The position numbers were made by a program, and so were the translations under genes. This document shows positions 1 through 10,111 of a stretch of DNA of 64,000 nucleotides, piece by piece (position 1 is the first letter of the stretch; every line of letters begins with the position of its first letter). Under the pieces are notes generated by a model. It ran no database searches and had not been told where the DNA came from. It saw only the letters and a program-made list of their open reading frames with translations. The stretch is from an uncultured Acidobacteriota bacterium (GTDB lineage: Bacteria > Acidobacteriota > Terriglobia > UBA7540). The DNA is taken from contig CAWDSK010000006.1 in the NCBI GenBank assembly GCA_963804995.1, forward strand, positions 448,001-512,000. The letters are read 5' to 3'.

Positions 1-104
1 GCGATGCGCGCCGCAACTTCCGGGTCAACCCCAAACCCCTGGGTGCCCATCAGGGCTTCACCGCTCAGCTTCAGCAGAATCCGACGAAATACGGGCTGGC
101 TCAT
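1..104 (-). CDS. pyrH: UMP kinase, 5' part (runs off the left edge)
   Basis: Manual translation gives [34 protein letters not shown], containing the LLKLSGEAL motif. It lies directly downstream of tsf. Confidence 0.93.
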   Translation of the reverse strand, partial: MSQPVFRRILLKLSGEALMGTQGFGVDPEVAARI

Positions 105-211
105 GTGTTTGCGGCTCGCGACCTGGCCATAACGCTCTTATCCAAGGCGGCTTTCCGAAGTGACCGTGGCCCTTGCCTGCCCCGCGCGATACTCGCAGGC
201 GATGCAACTTG

Positions 212-859
212 CTACTGAGCCGCCTCCGCCGGTGCGGGTTCGGGGCTCGACTTCCCTGACCCCTCGCCGACCTTGAATCTCGAAAACCGGCTTACGGTGA
301 TATTCTCACCAAACTTGTGGATTTTCGAGACAATCAATTCGCCCACCGTCAGGCTGCTTCCGCTATCCTTGATGAAGTGCTGTTCGTAAAGGCAGTTGTC
401 CTCATAAAACTTCCCGAGCTTGCCTTCCACGATCCGGTCCAGCACATTCTCCGGCTTTCCGGTGGCTGCCGCCTGGGCGCGCAGCACTTCCTTTTCGCGC
501 GCCAGCGCTTCCACGGTTACGTCGTCCTTACGAATATAGCGCGGGTCGGTGGCGCAAATCTGCATAGCCAGGTCGTGGGCCAGTTGCTGGAACTCATCAT
601 TACGGGCCACGAAATCCGATTCGCAGTTAACCTCCACCAGCACGCCTATCTTCCCGCCGGCATGGATATAAGAACCCACCACGCCTTCTGACGTCACCCG
701 GCCGGCCTTCTTTGCCGCCGTGGCCATGCCCCTTTTGCGCAGAACCGTGAAAGCTTTTTCCAGCTCCCCTTCGGCCTCATCCAGGGCGCGTTTGCACTCC
801 ATCATGGGAGCGCCGCTCATCTCACGCAGTTTTTTTACTTGCTCCGGTGTAACACTCAT
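212..859 (-). CDS. tsf: Translation elongation factor Ts (short form)
   Basis: VKKLREMSGAPMMECKRAL N-terminus and EVNCESDFVARN motif; located between rpsB and pyrH. Confidence 0.97.
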   Translation of the reverse strand: MSVTPEQVKKLREMSGAPMMECKRALDEAEGELEKAFTVLRKRGMATAAKKAGRVTSEGVVGSYIHAGGKIGVLVEVNCESDFVARNDEFQQLAHDLAMQICATDPRYIRKDDVTVEALAREKEVLRAQAAATGKPENVLDRIVEGKLGKFYEDNCLYEQHFIKDSGSSLTVGELIVSKIHKFGENITVSRFSRFKVGEGSGKSSPEPAPAEAAQ

Positions 860-946
860 TCTGGATTGATTCCTCTCGACACGAAAAAGGTAGGCGTTGC
901 TCAGCGCCGCGCCTACCTCAGGTGTTGCAATCTGAATTCGCGGGTA

Positions 947-1900
947 TTACTGAACGTCCGCCGGAGGCTCACCGCCCTCGTCGGGTTTACGCGTGCGGGG
1001 CCTGATCTCGCCTGGCTTCCGCCGCAGCTTGGGAACGCGCACGCGGCCATCCAAATCTTCTTCCGCGGCCAGCACGGCGGGCGAAAGCACTCCATCGATT
1101 TCCACCATTAACTCCGGCGCCTCGCCGGCCACATACGCTCCTGCCTGGCGCTGCCGCTCCAGTTCCTCCGCCGCCTTCTCCGCGGCCACTTTCTCTTCCT
1201 CCAGCCGCTTATCCTCTGCCGCCTGGCGGCCTTCCAGGACCGCATCCGCAATGCGCGAGGTAAAAAGGCGAATGGCCCGCAGGGCGTCATCGTTGCCGGG
1301 AATCACGTAATTCACGAGGTCCGGGTCGCAGTTGGTGTCCACAATGGCCACCACGGCAATCCCCAGCTTGCGCGCTTCCTGCACCGCAATTTCCTCACTA
1401 TGAGAATCCACCACAAAGAGTAGATCCGGCAACCCTGGCATGTCTTTGATGCCCGCGAGGTTCTGTTCCAGATGCTTCCGCTCCCGCTCCAGGCGCTGCA
1501 CTTCCTTTTTCGTGAGGAGGTCGTAGCGGCCGTCGCGGCTCATCTCCTCCAGCTCCTTAAGGCGCTGAATCGATTTCTGGATGGTGGAGTTATTGGTCAG
1601 CAGCCCGCCCAGCCAGCGATGATTCACATAATACATCCCGCAGCGAGCAGCTTCTTCAGCAATAGCTTCCTGGGCCTGGCGTTTGGTGCCGACAAACAGG
1701 ATGGTTTTGCCTTCGCGGGACATGTCGGAAACAATGCGGGCGGCTTCCTTGAACAGTTTCAGGGTTTTCTGGAGGTCGATAATGTAAATCCCGTTGCGCT
1801 CCCCGTAGATGTATTCCTTCATCTTGGGGTTCCAACGGCGGGTCTGGTGGCCGAAGTGAACACCGGCCTCCAAGAATTCCTTCATCGTTATGTTTGACAA
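947..1900 (-). CDS. rpsB: 30S ribosomal protein S2
   Basis: [18 protein letters not shown] and [10 protein letters not shown] motifs. Confidence 0.98.
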   Translation of the reverse strand: MSNITMKEFLEAGVHFGHQTRRWNPKMKEYIYGERNGIYIIDLQKTLKLFKEAARIVSDMSREGKTILFVGTKRQAQEAIAEEAARCGMYYVNHRWLGGLLTNNSTIQKSIQRLKELEEMSRDGRYDLLTKKEVQRLERERKHLEQNLAGIKDMPGLPDLLFVVDSHSEEIAVQEARKLGIAVVAIVDTNCDPDLVNYVIPGNDDALRAIRLFTSRIADAVLEGRQAAEDKRLEEEKVAAEKAAEELERQRQAGAYVAGEAPELMVEIDGVLSPAVLAAEEDLDGRVRVPKLRRKPGEIRPRTRKPDEGGEPPADVQ

Positions 1901-1920
1901 AACCTCACCTCGCTGTAAAA

Positions 1921-1990
1921 GCTATCAGCCACCAGCTTTCAGCCTTCAGCTAAGGCCCAAGCTGATAGCTGAAAGCTAATAGCTGATAGC
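1921..1990. repeat. Inverted heptamer tandem repeat (GCTATCA/TGATAGC type) forming a hairpin between rpsI and rpsB
   Basis: gctatcagc caccagc tttcagc cttcagc ... gctgata gctgaaa gctaata gctgatagc. Confidence 0.8.
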
Positions 1991-1997
1991 TTCTTCC

Positions 1998-2399
1998 CTA
2001 CCGCTTCGAGAACTGGAACCGCTTGCGCGCTCCCTTTTGGCCGTACTTCTTCCGTTCCTTGGCGCGCGGGTCGCGGGTCAGGAAGCCGCCCTGGCGCAAA
2101 CGCGACCGGAGCTCCGGATTGAAAATCACCAACGCACGCGCGATCCCCAGGCGCGCCGCCCCCGCCTGACCGTGAATGCCGCCGCCCGCGCAATTCATCA
2201 GAATGTCAAACTTCCCGGTCAGCTCGGTGATCCCCAGCGGTTGCTGGACTTCCGCGCGCAGAGCTTCCGAGGGGAAATAGACGTCGAAGGCCTGGCGGTT
2301 GACCAGCATCTTACCTTCACCGGGACGCAAAATCACCCGGCACACCGCGGTTTTCCGACGACCTGTTGCCATGTATTGGACAAGCTCAGCCACAGTCAC
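1998..2399 (-). CDS. rpsI: 30S ribosomal protein S9
   Basis: [17 protein letters not shown] and C-terminal [19 protein letters not shown]. Confidence 0.98.
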   Translation of the reverse strand: MTVAELVQYMATGRRKTAVCRVILRPGEGKMLVNRQAFDVYFPSEALRAEVQQPLGITELTGKFDILMNCAGGGIHGQAGAARLGIARALVIFNPELRSRLRQGGFLTRDPRAKERKKYGQKGARKRFQFSKR

Positions 2400-2431
2400 T
2401 CCGTTCTGCTTGAGATTCTGGAGGATTCAAA

Positions 2432-2884
2432 CTAGCGGGCCAGGGAAAGCGCCTGGGGGGACTGCCCCGTATGGGGGTGGGTCGATCCCACGTAGACCTT
2501 CAGCCGCCGAGCCAAACGATCGCGCCACCGGTTCTTGGGCAGCATCCCGTAGATCGCCTCGCGCAGCAGCTTTTCCGGTTGTGTCTCGAAAAGCTTTCGC
2601 GCCGTGATCTCCCGGAGCCCTCCCGGATAACCCGTGGTATGACGGTACATTTTATCGTCGAGCTTCTTCCCAGTCAGGCGAATCTTTTCAGCGTTGATGA
2701 TGATCAGACCGCTGCGGTGATCGGAGTGCGGGGTATAGTCCGGCGAATCTCTGCCGGTCAATACCCGTGCGGCCCGGGCAGCGAGCCGCCCTAACACCCA
2801 ACCGTCTGCATCTACAACGTTCCAGTGAATTTGCCCACGACTGGCCTTGGCGAAATAAGTCCCCACTCCACTCTCCGTTCGCAT
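2432..2884 (-). CDS. rplM: 50S ribosomal protein L13
   Basis: WNVVDADGWVLGRLA, YRHTTGYPGGL and GMLPKN motifs. Confidence 0.97.
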   Translation of the reverse strand: MRTESGVGTYFAKASRGQIHWNVVDADGWVLGRLAARAARVLTGRDSPDYTPHSDHRSGLIIINAEKIRLTGKKLDDKMYRHTTGYPGGLREITARKLFETQPEKLLREAIYGMLPKNRWRDRLARRLKVYVGSTHPHTGQSPQALSLAR

Positions 2885-3681
2885 CCTCAGATTGCAAACT
2901 TATATTTTTACTTGAGAATACCCTCTCTTGTCAACTTACTTCCGCAAGGAGGGATGATGCAGTTCTATTTTGAGGCGGCTGAACCTGTCCCGTTTCTATC
3001 GGAACACGGTTATCTGGCGAGGTAAACTCACCGCTACAACATCAATTGTACCACTACCTGGCGTTAAGCGGTGGTAGAAAATACCAAGCGTAGCGCACAC
3101 CTGTCTCGAGGTCGGCAGCCTTTGGTCGTTAAGGTGGATGGACCACGGGCTACATATATAGGCCCCGCGACTCGCGGCTATTGCCACAACGATCGCCTGT
3201 TGCCCCGCTGGGTGTGTCGAAGGGGCGCTTCGCGAATCGCCCTGGTCAAGAATTATGCGCGTTTTCTGACGGAGGCTTCGCGCTACCCCCTTTTGACTTT
3301 CTCTTGCTACTCTGCGCCACGGCGCTTCTTTTTCGGGAATCTTCGGACGTTGTGCCCCTAGCCTTGCATTTTGGGGCTACCGGTAGCCCAAACGCGTACA
3401 TTGTCTATTGACATAGCCCAGTCGATTAAGAGCACAATAGAGGTGAGGAAGCGTAGCGCCATGATGTGTCCAGGCAGCACTCGAAGAACCACGGACCCCG
3501 AGATTGGGGATCTGCCATGCCCTACCATGAAGGCTGGTTTTCTTGGCAAACATTGCTCTGTGTCCTCTCTGTCCCGAAGAGCTTTCACACCGAGATCACG
3601 GAGACGCTCTGGGGGGAGAGCAGCGCCATGCCAAGACCAAATTCTTCCGTTTTTCGGCCTCCAGCATCCGCGGTTTGTGAA

Positions 3682-4119
3682 GATGTTAATGAAAACAAAG
3701 AGGGTTAGGGGTGGCGATGAGTTTTTTAGCAAAAACCTATCTAGTTGAAATAAAATGAGTTGTCTTTACTGAGGAAAGAAGAAGAAGGCAACATTTTCTT
3801 GATTCGGATAGTCTAACGATGTGTATGAAAACAAAGGAAAATAAAAGCGACAAATTGGCAAGTCTAACGATGTTGATGAAAACAAGTAAGTTATGTGTGT
3901 TTTCTAACTATGTTTATGAAAAGAAAGGTAGTTAGTGAATAAAATGGGAAGAAAAATGGACCAAGCCGTCGCCATTCGCAATTGTACCGATCGCCCGATC
4001 TCCGGATCACCCGATCTCCTGATCGCTAGCCCGCGCCGGCACACACTCCCCCGCTTCGGTTATCGGCGGCCCAAGGGTTAAAAATGAGGGAACCTCCGGG
4101 GATGTGTATGAAAACACTG
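3682..4119 (+). repeat. Five direct repeats of an AT-rich 19-bp motif, consensus GATGT(G/T)NATGAAAACAAAG
   Basis: Copies start at 3682, 3818, 3869, 3909 and 4101. The three central copies are preceded by CTAAC. Confidence 0.8.
3988..4026 (+). repeat. Octamer tandem repeat (CCGATCNC) x5
   Basis: ccgatcgc ccgatctc cggatcac ccgatctc ctgatcgc. Confidence 0.7.
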
Positions 4120-4283
4120 GAGAGGGTGACAATTTGTCAGGCTATTGTGCAAGTTTTATGCAGAAAATTCCGGAATTTTGTGAGAATGGACGGCAATCGA
4201 TCGGGATTGTGGGCCGAAAATACACGAATTACGTGCTAGAATCACCGATTTCAATTCTGTTATCCGCTTAAGGGAGGAAGTCT

Positions 4284-5615
4284 ATGGGGGTTTCCGCCCG
4301 GCCGCCGGGGCCTAAAGGGCATTTTCTGGTTGGTTCATTGCCTGAGATCCAGAGAGACGAACTGGATTTCTTGATGAAACAAGTGCGCGAGCACGGCGAC
4401 GTCGTATTCCTGCGCGTGGTGAACCATCCGGTTTTTATTTTAAGCAACCCTCGGGACATCGAAACCGTCCTGGTAAGCAAGAGCAGCAATTTCATCAAGT
4501 CGGTTTTCTTGCGGGAGAGCAAGGCCCTCTTTGGCGATGGTCTGCTGACCAGTGACGGACCCTTGTGGCAAAAGCAGCGGCGTTTGCTCCAGCCGGCCTT
4601 TCATCACGATCACGTTCTCGCCTTCACCCAGCCCATGATCGAGTCAGCGCAGAAGATGCTCGCGACCTGGCACGACGGCGAAGAGCGCGATGTGCACATG
4701 GACATGACGCGCCTTACCCTGGAGATTATCGCCAAGGTTCTGTTTGGCGATGAAATAACCTCCGATGCCGACGAAGCCTGTGACGCCTTCCTGGCCTTCT
4801 TCAAGCAGTATGACAATCGCTTTGGCCTGTACCTGATTCCGGAGTGGCTCCCCACACCTGAGAACCTGCGCTATCGCAGCGCCATCAAGCGGCTGGACAA
4901 GATCGTCTTGAAATTGATTCGGCGGAAATCCGCCCACAATGGGGACTCCCACGACATGCTCTCAACCTTATTACACCCCAAAGATAAGGATGGCGGTGTG
5001 ATGTCAGAACGCCAAATGCGCGACGAGATGATGACTCTCTTCTTCACCGGCCATGAAACCACCGCACTGGCGCTCTCCTGGACCTTCTATCTTTTGGGGA
5101 AAAATCCGGAAGCAGAACAAAAACTCTGGGAAGAAGTGGATCGCGTCCTGGAGGGCCGGACGCCAACCTATCAGGATTTGGCCCGCCTCCCGTACCTGGA
5201 GATGGTGTTCAAGGAATCGTTGCGCCTTTATCCTCCCGCCTTTGGCGTGGTGCGTGAGGCTCTGAAAGACTGCGAAATCGGCGGGTATCAAGTTCCGCGC
5301 GGAGCCACCCTGGCCATCTTCCAATGGGCGGTGCATCGTGACCCGCGATACTTTGACCGCCCGGAAGAATTCATTCCTGAGCGCTGGGAGAACGACTTTG
5401 CCAAGACCCTGCCGCGCTGCGCCTATTTCCCCTTTGGGGCTGGACCCCGCGTCTGCATCGGCAATACTTTTGCCCAGGCCGAAGTGCCCCTGCTGCTGGC
5501 CATGATCGCGCAGAAATATCAACTCCAACTGGTTCCGAGCCACCGCGTTTCCATCGCTGCTTCCCTGACCCTCCGCCCCTGGAAAGGGATCAGGGTTACC
5601 CTCAAGAAACGCTGA
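4284..5615 (+). CDS. Cytochrome P450
   Basis: I-helix TGHETT, K-helix ESLR, PERW, and heme motif FGAGPRVCIG; GGAGG ribosome-binding site upstream. Confidence 0.96.
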   Translation: MGVSARPPGPKGHFLVGSLPEIQRDELDFLMKQVREHGDVVFLRVVNHPVFILSNPRDIETVLVSKSSNFIKSVFLRESKALFGDGLLTSDGPLWQKQRRLLQPAFHHDHVLAFTQPMIESAQKMLATWHDGEERDVHMDMTRLTLEIIAKVLFGDEITSDADEACDAFLAFFKQYDNRFGLYLIPEWLPTPENLRYRSAIKRLDKIVLKLIRRKSAHNGDSHDMLSTLLHPKDKDGGVMSERQMRDEMMTLFFTGHETTALALSWTFYLLGKNPEAEQKLWEEVDRVLEGRTPTYQDLARLPYLEMVFKESLRLYPPAFGVVREALKDCEIGGYQVPRGATLAIFQWAVHRDPRYFDRPEEFIPERWENDFAKTLPRCAYFPFGAGPRVCIGNTFAQAEVPLLLAMIAQKYQLQLVPSHRVSIAASLTLRPWKGIRVTLKKR

Positions 5616-5631
5616 TGAAACCTGGGCGCTG

Positions 5632-6333
5632 TCAGTGCTGGTCGATAATCTCGGTGTCGGGCGGGGGGATGAAGCGAAAGAGCGAGGGGGCCAACGGAGG
5701 GTTGCGTTCAATGTGGTCGAACTGGAATTCCATCCGGCCGCGATCGGGAAGATCCACCACCAGTCGCCGGATATCAAACTGCGGGTCAAGCTCGATGAGG
5801 ACGTCCTGATAATCCTCGGCGAACTCTTTCTTCGGGTAGGCGCGCAGCACGCGGTCAGCAGCCTCATGGGGGAGCGCCGCATCGGCAAACTCGATGCGCG
5901 CGAACACGCGCCCGAGATTCAAGCGCGAAAGGAGCAATTGGAAGGGCACACGAACATCGTCGCTCGACTTGACCGGCGAGCGCGTGAGTTGTTTCTCTTC
6001 GGGAATGTAGAGCAGCAAATGTTTTCCGTCAGAGAGGAAGAGTTTCTGGGTGGGATGCTGATAGTCCCAACGCATCACCCCGCCCCGCGCGAAACAGGCG
6101 ATTCCCGACTCGCTGCGGGTCCGACCCTCCTCAGCATAAGTCTCGGAAAAGCCTGCCCGCAAACTTTGCACCTGGTGATAGCTCGACTCGAAGGCGTGAA
6201 CGTAGGCGTCCACGGTTGGGGGTGGGACGGGTGGTTTCTGGCCGCTCGCGATTCCGCCTTGCGAAAGTCCCAGCGCCAGAACCAGGAGGACCAAGCCCCT
6301 GACCAAACGCCGCCGAAGGTTAATGGACGTCAT
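5632..6333 (-). CDS. lolA: Outer-membrane lipoprotein carrier protein, LolA family
   Basis: Likely start MTSINLRRR with a signal peptide; LolA-type motifs MRWDYQHP, SDGKHLLLY and FRFIPP. The true start is inside the longer 5632..6681 ORF. Confidence 0.8.
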   Translation of the reverse strand: MTSINLRRRLVRGLVLLVLALGLSQGGIASGQKPPVPPPTVDAYVHAFESSYHQVQSLRAGFSETYAEEGRTRSESGIACFARGGVMRWDYQHPTQKLFLSDGKHLLLYIPEEKQLTRSPVKSSDDVRVPFQLLLSRLNLGRVFARIEFADAALPHEAADRVLRAYPKKEFAEDYQDVLIELDPQFDIRRLVVDLPDRGRMEFQFDHIERNPPLAPSLFRFIPPPDTEIIDQH

Positions 6334-8311
6334 GTGAGGTTGACAATAGCCGCTGGAGAGCCGCCTGCGCCTCCGCGTTGCGGGGGTCAGAGGCCAGGCC
6401 CGCCTGGAACTCCCGCAACGCTTCTTCCGGCCGCCCCGTGGCTTCGAGTATGTTTCCCAGGGCAAAATGCGCGTGGCTATCCAGGTCATCCTGAGCCACG
6501 GCTTGCCGATACGCTTTCTCGGCGACATCTCTGCGCCCCAGGCGCGCATTGATATCCCCGATGGCATTGTAGGCGCCGAGGTTGGGTATGCTGTCGACCG
6601 ACTCTTGGAACTGTGCCTCGGCCTCCGCGAGGCGGCCGGTTTTGAAATAGAAACTTCCCAACTCGTTGCGCGTCTGGACACTCAAAGGCGCCAAGGCCAC
6701 CGCCGCCCGCAATTGCAGCTCGGCCTCGGGCAGCTTTCCAGTTTCCTCGTAAAGCCGGCCGAGGTTCAAATGGGCATCCGTAAAGTTCGGGCGAAAACGC
6801 ATGGATCGCTCGAAGTACACCTGGGCATCATCGTACTGCTTCTTGCTGGCATAAACCAAACCCAGGTTGTTAAGAAGGAAGGCGCTATCCGGGGATTTCT
6901 TCAGAGCCTCCCGCCATTCGCGCTCGGCTGCGCCGGGTTGCAAATGATTCCAGTACACCGTACCCAGGTTAAGCCGGTAACCGGCAGCTTCGGGTTCAGC
7001 CGCCAGAGTCACGGTGTAGTAGGTTACTTCATCCGACCAATCACGATTGCGAGTCACGATACGCCCTATGGCCAAGACTGCAACCACGCCCAGCCCAATG
7101 CCCACGGCCCAGCGCCAGGCGGGGGCGCGCCGGGAGGCATGAGACCAGATTCGTTGGAGGCCCCAAGCGCCTACCCAGCAAAGGCCAACGGAGGGAAGAT
7201 ACAGGTACCTTTCCGCGAAAACGTTGGGGCCGAGCCAGCGCGAATTCAAAACGGGCGCCAGATTGATGAAGAACCAAATGAACCCGAAGGATATGGGCCG
7301 CGCGCGCTTCCAAAGGAACCCAAAGGCGAGCCCGCACAATCCCAGGCCCACAAGACCCGCCAGAACGCGCGGGTCAAGGGGTGTGACGCTCTTATGAAAA
7401 GCGTAAAAGGCGCTAAGGCGAGCCGGCCAGACCATTTTCCATAAGTACTCCCCGGCAAGCGGAATGCTGGAGAGGATGGCCTCATACCAGGTCACATGGG
7501 CGGTCAGGAGGACCGGGGCAAAGGCTCCAAAAAAGCGAATTCGAAACAGGACGTACGCGAGGACGAGTAACCAGAGGACACCATAGCGGGCGACCTTCTG
7601 GAGCCAAGTCGTCCGGCCGCGATCGCCTCGATAGAAGTGCTCGTAAACCATCGCCAGGAGGGGCAGAGTCACAGCTTGTTCTTTGGAAAGGACGGTCAAG
7701 ACAAAGGCGCCCATCATGCCCAGTTGGGCGAGCTCGGACCGCTTGCCGTCGGGACGCGCGCTGGCCAGGAAGAACCAGAAAGTAACCAAATAGAAAACCG
7801 CCAGCTCCAAGTCAGTCACCGCCGAAACCCAAGCCACGGATTCGGTGTGAATGGGGTGCAAGGCAAATAAAGCCGCCGCCGCGAAGGCCAGCCAATCATC
7901 CCGGAATAGTCGTCTGGAGAGCCCGAACAGAAGACAAACCATGAGGGCGTGGAGCACAAGATTCGCCAAATGATAACCGTAGGGAAGAACCTGGAAGACT
8001 TTGTAACACAGCAGGAAACCCAGGATGCTGATGGGGCGATAGTAATTGGTTGCACCGCGCGCACCCAGGTGGGCCAGGGTTCGAGTGGAGAAGATATCTC
8101 CGAGGTGTCCGAAACTTCGAATGTAAGGATTCGTCAGCACCTCATTGTTGTCGTCATAGACGAAGCCATTTTGGAGGGTGTTGAAGTAAGGGATGACCGC
8201 GAGCAAAAGCAGCAGCGCGATCAGCCCGGCATAGGGAGAACTTCCCTTCCGGCGCGATCCGTCGGAAGCCATCTCCAAGACATTCGAAGCTCTCTCGCCC
8301 TGTCCTGTCAT
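6320..8311 (-). CDS. TMTC-like GT-C fold membrane glycosyltransferase with C-terminal TPR repeats
   Basis: GFVYDD, YYRP, HPIHTESV, SKE and AERYLYLPS motifs, multiple transmembrane segments and a TPR-rich C-terminus. Confidence 0.85.
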   Translation of the reverse strand: MTGQGERASNVLEMASDGSRRKGSSPYAGLIALLLLLAVIPYFNTLQNGFVYDDNNEVLTNPYIRSFGHLGDIFSTRTLAHLGARGATNYYRPISILGFLLCYKVFQVLPYGYHLANLVLHALMVCLLFGLSRRLFRDDWLAFAAAALFALHPIHTESVAWVSAVTDLELAVFYLVTFWFFLASARPDGKRSELAQLGMMGAFVLTVLSKEQAVTLPLLAMVYEHFYRGDRGRTTWLQKVARYGVLWLLVLAYVLFRIRFFGAFAPVLLTAHVTWYEAILSSIPLAGEYLWKMVWPARLSAFYAFHKSVTPLDPRVLAGLVGLGLCGLAFGFLWKRARPISFGFIWFFINLAPVLNSRWLGPNVFAERYLYLPSVGLCWVGAWGLQRIWSHASRRAPAWRWAVGIGLGVVAVLAIGRIVTRNRDWSDEVTYYTVTLAAEPEAAGYRLNLGTVYWNHLQPGAAEREWREALKKSPDSAFLLNNLGLVYASKKQYDDAQVYFERSMRFRPNFTDAHLNLGRLYEETGKLPEAELQLRAAVALAPLSVQTRNELGSFYFKTGRLAEAEAQFQESVDSIPNLGAYNAIGDINARLGRRDVAEKAYRQAVAQDDLDSHAHFALGNILEATGRPEEALREFQAGLASDPRNAEAQAALQRLLSTSHDVH

Positions 8312-9342
8312 CGTCCTTCCTCAAGTTTCTCCGGGAGGGTGGCATCCGGCGCCTTGGCGAGCCAGGGGAGGCGCTCAGCCCAACTCACCGGAATGGGGAC
8401 ATGTACAGGGACCTCCCCAAAGTGGCGGAAGAGCCAATTGGCGAGCCCGAAGGAAAGCGGGGCGAGGATCAAGCCAGCGAGGACATCGATCAAATAATGG
8501 TAGCGAAGATATACGGTAGAAAACCACAAACTGATGATCAGGGGCGCGAGGATCCAGAAGAGCTTCTTGGAGTTCCTGTACGCGTAAAGCCAAACGACAA
8601 AGGAGATCCCCACATGCAAGCTGGGGAAAACATCCCGGCGGATGCGGGCAAAATCCATGAAATCCACCTCGCGATTGAAAACCCCCAGGGATTGCCGTAA
8701 GGGAACCGTGAATTGATCGCGCAAGGTGTATACCGGCCCGATGGCTGGGACCAGCAAGTACCCCAGCAATCCCAAGAACGAAACCACCATGATGCCGCTC
8801 ATCATCTCGCGAAACCGGACTCGGCCCCTGAAAGCATAGAGAAAGCACGCGACCAGCGGAATATTGACGACGTGAAAGAAATAGGCAAATTCCATCCAGG
8901 TCGTGAGCCCGGGTGAAATGATACGTTGCAGAACCAGGCTGGCTTGGAATCCGAAGAGTCGCTGGTCGAGCGCGATCAGTGCCTGGTCGCGGTCTGTGGT
9001 GACCAGCATCAGGGTCGCATCACCCCACAGGGAGTAGTACATCAGCAGGATCGCCAGGAAGGGAAACCAATCGCGGATGATCTCCCAATAGGGCCGTACA
9101 AAATCCAAGGGGCCCTGCCTGGAACCACCGGGTTCGGATTTTCCGGCAATGAAGTAGTGCACCAGCTCCTTCCCGAGCAACAGGGTCACGGCGGGAATGA
9201 TGATGAGGACATCGGCAGGGCTGAAATTCTGATGTACCACGCCGCGAGAAAGAATCCTCAGGAGGAGGTTGATCAGGAGAAAGGTCAGGGCGACCAGGTC
9301 TTCCAATCGCAAACGCAGCGTGAGGCGGTGGCTATTGGCCAT
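8308..9342 (-). CDS. PAP2-superfamily membrane phosphatase/phosphotransferase (AUR1/IPT1-like)
   Basis: PAIGP, DVFPSLH and STVYLRYHYLIDV motifs; hydrophobic. Confidence 0.85.
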   Translation of the reverse strand: MANSHRLTLRLRLEDLVALTFLLINLLLRILSRGVVHQNFSPADVLIIIPAVTLLLGKELVHYFIAGKSEPGGSRQGPLDFVRPYWEIIRDWFPFLAILLMYYSLWGDATLMLVTTDRDQALIALDQRLFGFQASLVLQRIISPGLTTWMEFAYFFHVVNIPLVACFLYAFRGRVRFREMMSGIMVVSFLGLLGYLLVPAIGPVYTLRDQFTVPLRQSLGVFNREVDFMDFARIRRDVFPSLHVGISFVVWLYAYRNSKKLFWILAPLIISLWFSTVYLRYHYLIDVLAGLILAPLSFGLANWLFRHFGEVPVHVPIPVSWAERLPWLAKAPDATLPEKLEEGR

Positions 9343-10081
9343 AAAGCCCCTTCAGCGCCTCGAACCTTTGCCGGGCGGGCACAGGAAAGGGGAGTTTCCT
9401 GGTCGCGTCAAGCACGTAGAGGGCGCGCTGTCGATCCCCGGCCAGGTAATACGCGCGGGCAAGACCCTCCACGGCGGCTTGATGCGTGGGAAACATTTGA
9501 AGAACTGCCAGGAAACTCTTCTCCGCTTCGGTAAATTTTCTTTCCGCAGTGTAAGCCAGGCCTTGCAAAATGTATGGGGCGGCATAGGAAGGATTCTGAC
9601 TAATCAGGTGCGAGGTTGTGGCGATGGCCGGGTCGTATTGGCCCAGGAAGAAGGCGCAGAGGGCGAATCGATAGTCATCCTCCTCGTCAAGCTTACCGCC
9701 ACCAAGGGTCCGGAACGCCGCCTCGTCATCCAGAACGGATTGCAATTGCTGCAACCGGATCTTGCTCTGCACCAACGCACGCCAGTAAGGCAGACTGGCA
9801 GGGCGCAGGCTCACCGCCATGACCGCATTGGAATACCCTCTCACCAGATCCCCTTGGCCCAGGTTGCTGTAGCAACTCCACATGTAAACTTCCGCTGCGA
9901 TGTCGTTGCCGACATTCCACGATCCGACGGCCGCGAGGAGCAAGATGACCCCATAGAGCGCAGGCTTGATCCAAGCCCTCCGCACCAGGAGACCACCCAC
10001 AGCCTTGGCCGAGAGGAGTCCGAGGAAAACCAACCCCAAAACTTTAGCGGCTTCCCAAAAGATGAAACGTATGATTTCCAC
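9332..10081 (-). CDS. Membrane-anchored TPR protein
   Basis: Two N-terminal transmembrane helices followed by TPR-like helices; overlaps the next gene. Confidence 0.75.
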   Translation of the reverse strand: MEIIRFIFWEAAKVLGLVFLGLLSAKAVGGLLVRRAWIKPALYGVILLLAAVGSWNVGNDIAAEVYMWSCYSNLGQGDLVRGYSNAVMAVSLRPASLPYWRALVQSKIRLQQLQSVLDDEAAFRTLGGGKLDEEDDYRFALCAFFLGQYDPAIATTSHLISQNPSYAAPYILQGLAYTAERKFTEAEKSFLAVLQMFPTHQAAVEGLARAYYLAGDRQRALYVLDATRKLPFPVPARQRFEALKGLYGQ

Positions 10082-10111
10082 GTAGATTTACCTCTGCTCC
10101 CGGGGCGTTCC

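Noticed and set aside
2900..3760. Short ORFs between rplM and the P450
   Set aside because: They overlap each other and REP-like or tandem repeats and show no recognisable motif.
3682..4119. Possible CRISPR array
   Set aside because: The repeats are short, degenerate and irregularly spaced (136, 51, 40 and 192 bp), and there are no cas genes in the window.
4084..4270. Possible RiPP precursor upstream of the P450 (37-aa ORF from 4158 containing KYTNY)
   Set aside because: It has no clear ribosome-binding site, sits in repeat-derived DNA and lacks a biarylitide-type MxYxH motif. No peptidase or transporter is coupled to the P450.
4284..5615. P450 as BioI supplying the bioBFDA operon
   Set aside because: It is about 35 kb away and nothing in the sequence links the two.
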